A stretch of DNA of 64,000 nucleotides from Hydrolagus colliei. Taxonomy: Eukaryota. Where the stretch lies: contig CM068745.1 in assembly GCA_035084275.1 (NCBI GenBank), forward strand, positions 82,770,001 to 82,834,000, given 5' to 3'. Positions 10,980 to 20,906 of the stretch are shown one piece after another; position 1 is the first letter of the stretch, and every line of letters starts with the position of its first letter. The translations under genes and the position numbers were made by a program. The notes beneath the pieces were generated by a model. It was not told where the DNA came from, ran no database searches, and worked only from the letters and a program-made list of their open reading frames with translations.

Positions 10980-11092
10980 ATTTTGTCAACAAATTGAATA
11001 GTTTCCTGTCAGTTTTCCGTTATATTTTGTTTCTTCTGCTACTGTGCTATTTCATCTTGGTCCAGATGTTCTATTACATTTGGAATTTGGAG
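10980..11092 (+). CDS. Gene A exon 4: transmembrane segment with intramembrane Arg
   Basis: tttttcatctctgcag|AT ... GAG|gtacag, phase 1-0. (N)FVNKLNSFLSVFRYILFLLLLCYFILVQMFYYIWNLE. Confidence 0.8.
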
Positions 11093-11147
11093 GTACAGTA
11101 TGTGAATGACCTACCGGACACCCCAGTGAGGCTTAATCACATAATAA

Positions 11148-11505
11148 TATTATAATAATAATAATAATCCTTGCATTTGATATCGCGACTTTTCACTTCT
11201 TATCGACATCTCAAAGCTCTTCACAGAACACACTGTAAAGCGAATTGACTGTATATATATTTGTGGGCGATACAAGGCAGCCAATTGCGCACAGCAGCGG
11301 GGTCCCCCACAAACAGTTGTGGATTGAAATGACCAATTTTTATTTTTGTGTTTTTTTTTTGAGGGATTATTATTAGGCGTGTGTGTATGTGTGTGTGGAG
11401 TAAGGAAACTTGCCCAAGGTTTCACCCTGACCTGCCTGCATTCGTACACACTCACTGTCTCACGCTTGTAAGGTGAGCGCTCTAACCCGCGGAGCTTCAG
11501 GAACT
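11148..11505 (-). mobile_element. tRNA-derived SINE, same family
   Basis: Reverse copy. Other - copies at about 6385-6770, 12555-12850, 29919-30415, 31815-32040, 33525-33820, 38745-38975, 41880-42240 and 49420-49715. Confidence 0.85.
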
Positions 11506-12422
11506 ACTTACATGCCTTGTCGAATGTCGACTGGAATCCTTTGGCAGAGCGAGGAGGGGAGTGGGGCGGGGTGAGATAAGTGGGGTTCCCTTGGAGCTGA
11601 AATGGCTGCCAATGATTGCCATGTCAGAATCGGGCCAGCCCTCTCTCCCTAGCCAGAGTGGATCCGCAGTATTCTAGAGCATCGCTGTGTTGACAGCCTG
11701 GCTTAGTCTGGCATCATCAGCAGTGCTTGGAAGGGGGCATGCCAGTCGCCCACACAAAACACACTCGATTCACTTCACAGAAATGTGCTGTCAAGCACTT
11801 TGTGACTTCGTCAGAGACGCGATCAGACACGCTATACCAAACGCAAAGATGGTTAGAATTTTTTGGTTTGGTTTGGATGCTCTTAAGGATCTTTTGCTGC
11901 TGTAGTCACTTACCAGCTCACTGGTACAAATCTTGGTAGTGTGTCTCACAGGATGTGTGTGACCTTGGTTTTACATAGATCATTCGCACGCACGCACGCA
12001 CGCACGCACGCACACAATGACCATAGAATTCAATTCTTTCCTCAATACAATGCACCCTGTAGAATTATTTTGAACAAGTAAATACTTTTGAGATACACTT
12101 TCATGTATGTTTCATTTGTTTTTATTTTGAACATGTTTTGGGGTATCTTGCAGATAGACACTGCCCACAATGACCAGACCTTAAGCACAATAAGAAATTG
12201 CTACACAAAGGGAAGACCCAGGTCCATCTAGTTGGCCTTCCACCATCCTGGTAGTCGCTTGACATGTCATGTGTTGTCTCCACCTACATACTGTATGAGG
12301 TTTGCAAGGAATTTGCAGTAGACGACAGCAGATACAGTAGAATGATATTAGTTCGACTGGGCAGTGGGCTGACACTCCACGTAACTCTAATTACAGTATG
12401 TGATTCTAACTCCACCTCCTAG

Positions 12423-12533
12423 GTCACAGACCATATCATTCAGAGGCTGCTTTGCAGAGAGAGAAAGACATATGAACAGCTTCCAGGCAGCTTTTCACAG
12501 CCTGCTTGTTTTTCAGCTGTTTTGAGGCTATAG
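12423..12533 (+). CDS. Gene A exon 5 (probable): cytoplasmic tail with YxxL
   Basis: Branch point ttCTAAC then tccacctcctag|GTC, phase 0. VTDHIIQRLLCRERKTYEQLPGSFSQPACFSAVLRL*. The full model is 217 aa. Confidence 0.55.
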   Translation, partial: VTDHIIQRLLCRERKTYEQLPGSFSQPACFSAVLRL

Positions 12534-13144
12534 TCTTTTATGTATACAGTAATATGATAATAATCCTTACATTTGATCTAGCACTTTTCACATCTTACCG
12601 ACATCTCAAAGCGCTTCACAGAATAGACTGTAAAGTGTAAAAAACAGACTGTATATTTGTGGGCGAAATGCGGCAGCCAATTGCGCACAGCAGTGTCCCC
12701 CACAAACAGCCGTGGGTTGAAATGACCAATTTTTATTATTGTTTTTTTTTGGAGGGATTGTTATTAGATTGTGTGTGTGTGTGGAGTAACAAAACTTGCC
12801 CAAGGTTTCGTAAGGCGAGTGCTCTAACTCACTGAGCTACAGGAGCTCCACGAATAATCAGAAGTTGGCCTTATTAAATGATAAAAAATGAAGAGCGTTG
12901 AAAAACATTAAATATCATAAATATAATGTTACAAAATGACACATTCTGCTTCCTCATTTCTCCAAAGGGGTCCTTTCCATACCTTTACTACTCACTTCTC
13001 TGAAGTGTTTCTGCAGATATGTTGTGAATTTTTCCCTCCTATACATCGTATGTCCTCTAGTTGTACTGTTCAGTACAAGATAAATCAGCTCATCAGCCTT
13101 CTCTTCTCCAGCATAAACATACCCAGTTTATTGAATCGCTCCTC

Positions 13145-13329
13145 CTAGTCCAGTTCCTCCATCCCCCTCAATAATTTTGCTCTGTATCCTCTGTTGTGGC
13201 ATAGAGCTGAGGTGTGTTTTTTGCAAACCGCAATGAATAAAATAATAATTACACCAACACAGGTAATGATGGTAGCAGTAATATTCCAAACAAATGTAGG
13301 AGTCCCATGGTGATCCTCAGAAAGAGATC
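13145..13329 (-). CDS. Gene B terminal exon: TM plus short tail
   Basis: ttcttctttactag|GA, phase 1. SLSEDHHGTPTFVWNITATIITCVGVIIILFIAVCKKHTSALCHNRGYRAKLLRGMEELD*. Confidence 0.75.
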
Positions 13330-13836
13330 CTAGTAAAGAAGAATTCTGTTAAAATTGAAGAACAAAAGTACAGCAGTCAAAATGAAACTAAAAAAAATCA
13401 CATGATTAATGTGGAAATAAAAACGAGATTTCACTTACTGCAATTGTATATGTTTTCAAAAAACAGTGAAAATTATTGCATTTATGATAAATAAGGGCAG
13501 GTAGACAAGTAGCTGTGAACCCTGCCCTGCTTGTGGAATAAATGATATTTTAAGGTGGCCATCAAGTGAATTCCCATACACTGTACGCTGTACGCCTTCA
13601 CTGGATAAGAAGGTAACTTCAACGTGATTGGAGATCTCGGCCTCACTTTCAATATACAGGACACGCATAAACCTTGTTAAGAATCTGGTACTTTAATTGG
13701 CTGCCGCATTTCACCCACAAAATATGATTCGCTTTACAATATGTTCTGTGAACTGCTTTAATACTTCTCGAAGACCTGATGAGGTTCTACATCAAAGGCA
13801 AGGATTATTATTCATCAGACGTTGGCCCTGTCAGCA

Positions 13837-15874
13837 ATATAACAACAACAACTTATAGAGCGCCTTTCCCGTCGGGAGGACGTCCCAAGGCGCTGCACAG
13901 GAGGCGTGTGACCCGAGCTGGGAGGGGAGTGTTTGGGAAGGGGTGAAACACGAAGGGGAGGTCGAAAAATTCAGGGGGGGAACAAAAGGCACGATCAAAG
14001 AGGAAAGTCTTCAAACCGGCTTGAAAGAGGAAAGGGAAGAAACAAGACGGACGGATTGGGGGATGGAATTCCATAGGGTGGGAGCGGAGAAACTGAAGGC
14101 CCGGCCTCCGATGGTGGGGCGGTTCGGGCGGGGGACTTGGCGGGTGGGCTTATAGGGGGAAAGTAAATCGGTTAAATAGGGCGGGGCAAGGCCATGTAAG
14201 GCCTTGAAGGTGAGGACGAGGATCTTGAACTCGATCCTCTGGAGGATGGGGAGCCAGTGGAGACGGGCGAGGGTGGGAGTTATGTGGTTGCGGAGGCGGG
14301 TGTGGGATAGTACACGGGCTGCAGAGTTTTGGATGACCTGCAGCTTGTGAATGGAGGAACTGGGGAGGCCGTCGAGGAGAGAGTTTCGGTAGTCCAGCCG
14401 TGAGGTGATGTACGCGTGCACGAGTGTTTCGGCAGCGTGGGGGGTGAGATAGTTGCGGAGCCTGGCAATGTTGCGCAGGTGGAAGTAAGCGGTGCCGGTC
14501 AAGGAGCAGATGTGGGGGAGGAAGGAGAGTTTATGGTCGAACATGATGCCGAGGTTCCTGATTGGCTTTGTGTGGTGGAGAGTGCAGCCTTGGATGTTGA
14601 GGCTGGCAGCGCCCGATGTGCGGAGGCGCTGGCTTGAGCCAATCAGGAGGGCCTCGGTCTTACTCACGTTCAATTGGAGGAAGTTGTCCCTCGTCCAGGA
14701 CTCAATGTCGGACAGACATGCTGTCAGAACATCGATGGTCTGGGGGTTGAGGGATGAGGCAGAAAGGTACAGCTGGGTGTCATCCGCATACATGTGGAAA
14801 TTTACCCCATGTTTGCGGATGACATCGCCCAGAGGGAGCGTGTAAATGGTGAAAAGGAGGGGGCCGAGGACAGAGCCCTGGGGGACTCCGTGAGAAACTG
14901 TGCAGGGGTTTGAGGAGAAACCGTTGGAAGAAACAAAATGTAGGCGGTGGGTCAGGTAGGAATGGAACCAGTCAAGGACTGTGCCTTGAAGGTTGAGGTG
15001 GGAGGAAAGACGTTGGAGGAGGATGGTGTGATCGACTGTGTCGAACGCAGCAGACAGGTTAAGGAGGACGAGGAGGCAGAGGGAGCCCTGGTCACAGGCG
15101 GTTAGGATGTCATTTGTGACCTTAACCAGGGCAGTTTCTGTGCTGTGGATAGGACGGAAACCTGATTGGAGGGGTTCAGGGAGTGAGTGATTTGAAAGGA
15201 AAGAGCGGTGCTGGGAGGCAACCACTCTTTCAAGGACCTTGGATAGAAACGGGAGGTTGGAGATGGGTCGGTAGCTTGATGGCTGCGACGCATCAAGGGA
15301 GGGTTTCTTCAGGATAGAGGTGATGGTGGCTGTTTTAAGGGAGGTAGGGACGGTGCCTGAGGAGAGGGAAAGGTTGATGGTGTCAGAGATGAGTGGGGCC
15401 AGGAGGTGGAGCTGGGTGCGGAGGAGGGGGGTGGGGATGGGGTCCAGTTAACACGTGGTGGGTTTCATGGAGGTGATTATTGGACTAAATTGATTATATG
15501 ACTAAAGGTGGGGATGAAAGTATGAAAAGGGGGGGTGGGTGGGGGTTGAAATAACGGATGGAGGGGCGGAGGTGGAGGAGAGGTGGGGGGAGGAAACCGC
15601 AGAGCGGATTCTCTCTATTTTGGACTCGAGGAAGTCCAACATCTCCTCGCAACATTCGTTTGAGGAGAGAATCTGCGAAGAGAGGCGGGGGGGGGGGGGG
15701 GGGCGGAGGAGCTGGTTGTTGGTGGCGAAGAGGAGGCGGTGGTTGTCCTTCGCTTCCAGGATTATCCTGGAGTAGAAGGCTGATTTGGCGGTGGCTAGGG
15801 CGGAGCGGTAAAATTTTATGCGGTCCAGCCAGATTTGCCGGTGGACCGTGAGGCCAGATTTGAGCCAGGTGCGT
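13837..15874 (-). mobile_element. L2 LINE, 5'-truncated, with RT ORF at 14011-15225
   Basis: [35 protein letters not shown]; (TTG)n tail; TCAGCA on both flanks (13831-13836 and 15875-15880). Confidence 0.92.
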
Positions 15875-16057
15875 TCAGCACCTGTCTGTTTGTTTCTGAA
15901 AACTCAACCAAAAAACAGCTGTAACGATTGATTTAGAGTTTTTAAATAATAAAGGCCTCTTTGTGTTACTGGTTGTTCACTGTTTGTTTTTTCCACCTGT
16001 GCTTTTGTTTTCCCCAAAAGGGTAAGGATTTGGAGCTGTAAATGAACATGGACTTAC

Positions 16058-16105
16058 TATTTTCACTGCTGGGTTTCGGCAACGGATCAACATTGGTCCC
16101 AGAAT
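16058..16105 (-). CDS. Gene B stalk exon
   Basis: catctctttgacag|AT ... AAT A|gtaagt. 48 bp, phase 1-1, (D)SGTNVDPLPKPSSEN. Confidence 0.7.
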
Positions 16106-16467
16106 CTGTCAAAGAGATGGTGTAGAATTAGATTGGTGGATCGAGCAGAACAACGGCAAATTTAATGAGAGGTTATACATTTGGAGAGGAAGCGTATTTA
16201 TTAATATAAGGCAAGCATTTCTGTTAACAAATTATGAGCTGGCACAAACAAGTTACAGACTTATCACTGATTCAGATTGTGAGAATCTCTATGAAATATA
16301 AAATGTGGTAAATTAACATTCGTTTAAATGCACTGTTATGCTATGCTATGTGGAGCTCCTGTGTCTCAGTGGTTAGATCACTCGCCTTGCAAGCGTGAGA
16401 CCTGTGTTCGAATGTAGGCAGGTCAGGGTGAAACCTTGGGCAAATTTCCTTACTCCACACGCACGCA

Positions 16468-16499
<32 letters not shown>

Positions 16500-16846
16500 C
16501 ACGCCTAATGATAATCCGTCCCCAAAAAAACCCACAATAATAAAATTGATCATTTCAATCCACGACTGTTTGTGGGGGACGCTGCTGTATGCAATTGGCT
16601 GCCGTGTTTCGCCCACAAATATACAGTCAATTCACTTTACAGTATATTCTGTGAAGTGCTTTGAGACACCGATAAGATGTGAAAAATGCTATATCAAATG
16701 CAAGGATTATTATATATTATTATTATTTTTATGCTGTAGCTATTGTACGCAATTCCCGATATTGAGGCAGAGAAAACCTGCCTCAGGCTTTCGAGATAAC
16801 TTGTCTTCCTTAATCCTCCCTCTGGCAAATTACAAAATGTACTTAC

Positions 16847-17191
16847 CTATGCCAGAGAGATAAATTTTAACGCTTCCGTGTTCATGTAAAGTGGAATAGC
16901 TGCATATGTAGATTCCTTCATCAAGAAGAGACATTTTCCGTAGTATAAGGGATGCCTGTAGTGTACCCTGGCTTATCTTTGGGAAAACCTCAGTTCTGTT
17001 GATGTAGGCTGGGTCCTTCTTTTGTTGAGGTTCGTTATTTATGATACGATACACAAAATTATTGGATCCTTCTTTAGTCCATGTAATCATAAGGTGTTCT
17101 CTGTTGTCACCGATGGGGAAGCTGCAGGGCAGTGTGATATTTTCCCCAATAATTGCTTTGACAGATTTAATCCGAGGATCTTTGCTTACAT
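16847..17191 (-). CDS. Gene B IgV exon, B7/butyrophilin type (VTCN1/HHLA2/ICOSL-like)
   Basis: tgtttccag|AT ... ATA G|gtaagt, phase 1-1, 345 bp. IGENITLPCSF, ITWTKEG, AYINRTEVF, ASLILRKMSLLDEGIYIC; no GxG J motif. Confidence 0.9.
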
Positions 17192-18486
17192 CTGGAAACA
17201 GAATAAAACAAAATACAAAACTCCAGTTTGAAGTTTGAAACAATGGATTATCTATTACTGTGATAATATCTACAACCGTAGAAACACTCAATTATTCCCC
17301 ATAAAACTTAAGAATTGTAGTGTTTTACAGCACAGAAAGAAGCCATTCAGCCCCAACTGTGTCGAAGGCTACCAACTCAACTTATGTTTTTTTTCACTAG
17401 GTGGCTTATTACAGCCTTATGTATAGGGAGTCCTTTTCAATGCCACATTAACTCCTTGTTAGGTAAACGCTGGTATGATTTAGACATTATTTTCTGACAC
17501 TATTCCTTTTATTGACTGTAAAAAATGTTGTTGGCCGAGAGCATGTGAGTGAGACACATCTCAGCAACATCAACTAGTGAATATGGTATAGTAATAACGA
17601 TAATTAATAATCCCTCTAAAAAAAAATTACAATAACAAAAATTGGTCATTTTCAATCCATGACTGTTTGTTCGGGGGGGACGCTGCTGTGCACAATTGGC
17701 TGCCGCGTTTCGCTCTCCACAGTATATTCTGTGAAGCACTTTGAAANNNNNNNNNNNNNNNNNNNNNNNNNNNNNNNNNNNNNNNNNNNNNNNNNNNNNN
17801 NNNNNNNNNNNNNNNNNNNNNNNNNNNNNNNNNNNNNNNNNNNNNNNNNNNNNNNNNNNNNNNNNNNNNNNNNNNNNNNNNNNNNNNNNNNNNNNNNNNN
17901 NNGATAGGGAAGTGCGAGGGCGTGAAGGTGATTTGGAAACGAGCAAGAGGATCTGGAAGTCAATGGTTTGGGTGGTTGCGAGCCGGCTGGCAAGGACTGT
18001 AGTGATGGTGGGGATGGGAGGGGGGGTCTGGAGCTGTGTGCGGGTTAGTATCTGGGCAGAGGATTGTTCTGAATCAATTGTATTTTATACACCGTAGAAC
18101 CGGGGAGGCCAGCGAGGAGGGCGTTTGAGGGAGGGACGGAGGGAGGGAGGGGGAGAGTGGGAGTGGGGGGGGGGGGGGGAAGGGGGAGAGGGAGGGCAGA
18201 GGTGGTGGAAAAAAAAAGGTGGTCCAAGTTAGGAAATGGATGTGGGGGAGAAAGGGTAGCGTGACTGACACATGGAATTACGCTCGGGCTCGGAGTGAGT
18301 CTGAGGGAGAGCCAGCGGGAGGCCGATGGCTCCACATCCTCTCTGCGTCGGTTGCATTAAATGATGTTTATTTCTGTCCTTTCTGCCGTTATCTCTGTGT
18401 TTAGGAAACTTTGTTCTGCGGCAATTATTTGTACTGTATCGACAAAATGATGAGTTTTTTTTAAGCTTTCGATGGGAATATCTTAC

Positions 18487-18533
18487 CCAAGCAGCGGATT
18501 TGAATTAGAAAAACCACGCACCACAACCCAAGC
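18487..18533 (-). CDS. Gene B leader exon 2
   Basis: tcttttctcgttttcag|G CTT GGG ... TGC TTG G|gtaaga, phase 2-1, LGLWCVVFLIQIRCL. Confidence 0.7.
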
Positions 18534-20228
18534 CTGAAAACGAGAAAAGATAATCTTCAATAGCGTCGTGTTAACATTATGACACAAATCACCTGGAAAA
18601 GTAAAATGTCAGCCAATTTCAGGACAGTTTAATTGAGGCAATCTCAGCCTCCATCCATCCAACAACAACTTTGATTTACGTCGTGTCCTCACGCCACGCC
18701 GGACGGCATCTCGGAGCTCGTCACAGTAACGGATCCCGGGATCGAGCCAGGGTGGGGGCAGGGGGTAGAAAGGTGACCAAAGGCGCGGTCGAAGAGAAAG
18801 GTTTTTAGCTGCGACGTGAAACTGGGAAGAGAGGGGGTGGGGGGGGGGGGGGGGGGGCAGGCGAAGGGGGTGAGGCAGGGAGTTCCAGAACCTCGGGTGG
18901 GGGCGGTGGGTGGGTAGTAGTGGCCGAAGGTACGGCCACCGATGCCACATCCACCCCTAGAGACTACAAAACTCTGTTATTATTCTAAGACTGGGAGAAA
19001 CGGGGTTTCGTGAACTAACGCTTTGCGGAGTCCTGTGGTGTTTCGAGCACTCGCCTGGGTTTGATACCTGGACAAGGTGAAACAACGGGCAGGTTTGTTT
19101 ACTGCTTCGCTTTTTCGGGAGTAATAATCTCTTAACAAAAATAATAATAGTATTCACTCAATCCACGACTGTTTGTGCGACACTGCAGTTCTCCCACAAA
19201 ACACACAGCAAATTCACATTACACGGTGTAGTCTGTGAAGCGCTTTGCGATGTCTCAAAGGTGTGATAAGCTGCTACATCCTGTAGCTCAGTGGGTTAGA
19301 GCACTCGCCTCACAACAACAACAACAACAATTTACATTTATATAGCGCCTTTCACGTCGTGAGGCCGTCCCAAGGCGCTAAACAAGAGGCGTGTGACCCG
19401 AGCTGGGAGGGGAGTGTTTGGGAAGGGGGGAAACAAGCATGAGACCTGTGTTTCGAATCCAGGCAGATCAGGGCTAAACCTTGGGCAAGTTTCCTTTCTC
19501 CATCCCCGCCCAACCCCACACACACGCCTATTAATAATCCCTCTAGAGAAAAAGACAACAATAAAAATTGGTCATTTCAACCCACAACTGTTTGTGGGGG
19601 ACGACGACGCTGCTGTGCGTAATTGGCTGCTGAGTTTTGCCCCAAAAATATACATACAGTCAATTCACTTTACAGTATATTCCGTGAAGCGCTTTGAGAC
19701 GTCAATAAGATGTGAAAAGGAGCTATATGAAATGCAAAGGATTTTATTATTATTATTATCATCAAACACAAGTATTAATATACACATAACAACAGCAATA
19801 AAAGCAAATTACATTTGTATAGCGCCTTTCACGGCGGGGTGGGGGAGTGTCAGGGATTTGGGATAAGTCAGTACATTAGCTGCAGAGTTCTGGATGATCT
19901 CACCCGAAACAACAACTGGCATTCCTGTGTAGCCCTCTCCACCTCGGGCTGTGGCTCAGACTCTGAACAACGACGGAGCCCGAGGCCGAGGCCGAGGCCA
20001 GCCAGAGGGAGGGGGAAGAGGGCAGTCAGTGCAGTTGAGGAGAAAGGTCTCTAGGCGCGAGCTGAAGGTGGTACCACCATCTTGTGGAAGGAAGTTTGGG
20101 AGGTCAACAAGCTGCTATGTTTGTGTTCGCTCAGTGGGCTAGAGCACTCGCTAAGTTGCCTTACAAGTGTCAGACTTGTGTTCGAATCCAGGCATGTCAG
20201 GGTGAAACCTTGGGCAAGTTTCCTTACT

Positions 20229-20266
<38 letters not shown>

Positions 20267-20880
20267 TGGTCATTTTCAATCCATGACTGTTTGTGGGGGG
20301 CGCTGCTGTGCGCAATTGGCTGCCGTGTTTCGCCCACACATATATGTATACAGTCAATTCACTTTACAGTACATTGTGAGACACTGATAAGATGTGAAAA
20401 GCCGCTATATCAAATGCAAGGATTATTTCTTCTTGTTATTAAAGGATATTTCAGTCACTCTCAAAAACTCATAATATTTCAAACTTAAAAATAACAATCA
20501 TATTAATCCTTGCGTTTGATTCAGTGCTTGTCATGTCTTCTTAGACGTCTCAAAGTGCTTCACGGAATACACTGTGATAAATAAATAAGGAAAATCAAAT
20601 AAAAAAAACACGTATTCACGAACCCCACTGCGGTACAATACTTTAGAACCCCAAATTTAAATCTTACATTGGATAAACTCATTTAAAAAAAAACCGGCCC
20701 TTTAAAATCTAGGGATTTGGGACTGTATTCTGATTCAATCAACTTTGTTTTTTACACACAGCGAGCACAAACACAAATCCAAGAGCGACAAAGCTTTCAA
20801 ATCAGAGCGAGAGTTGTCGCAAATGTTAGCCCACAAATCACAACATACATAACAGAGAAAACACCTACAGTATTTCTTAC

Positions 20881-20906
20881 CAGTTAGTGATGCACCCTAG
20901 CTTCAT
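20881..20906 (-). CDS. Gene B leader exon 1 (start codon)
   Basis: accATG AAG CTA GGG TGC ATC ACT AAC TG|gtaaga, phase 2. Joins exon 2 to give MKLGCITNWLGLWCVVFLIQIRCLD. The full model is 216 aa. Confidence 0.65.

Noticed and set aside
12154-12231. Alternative phase-0 tail exon for gene A (IDTAHNDQ...RSI*)
   Set aside because: The acceptor is plausible but the 3' half looks repeat-derived. The 12423 exon has a clear branch point, basic residues and YxxL. Not fully excluded.
13145-20906. Assigning the symbol VTCN1 to gene B, or NCR3 to gene A
   Set aside because: Synteny and motifs are suggestive, but architecture and similarity are not sufficient without a phylogeny.
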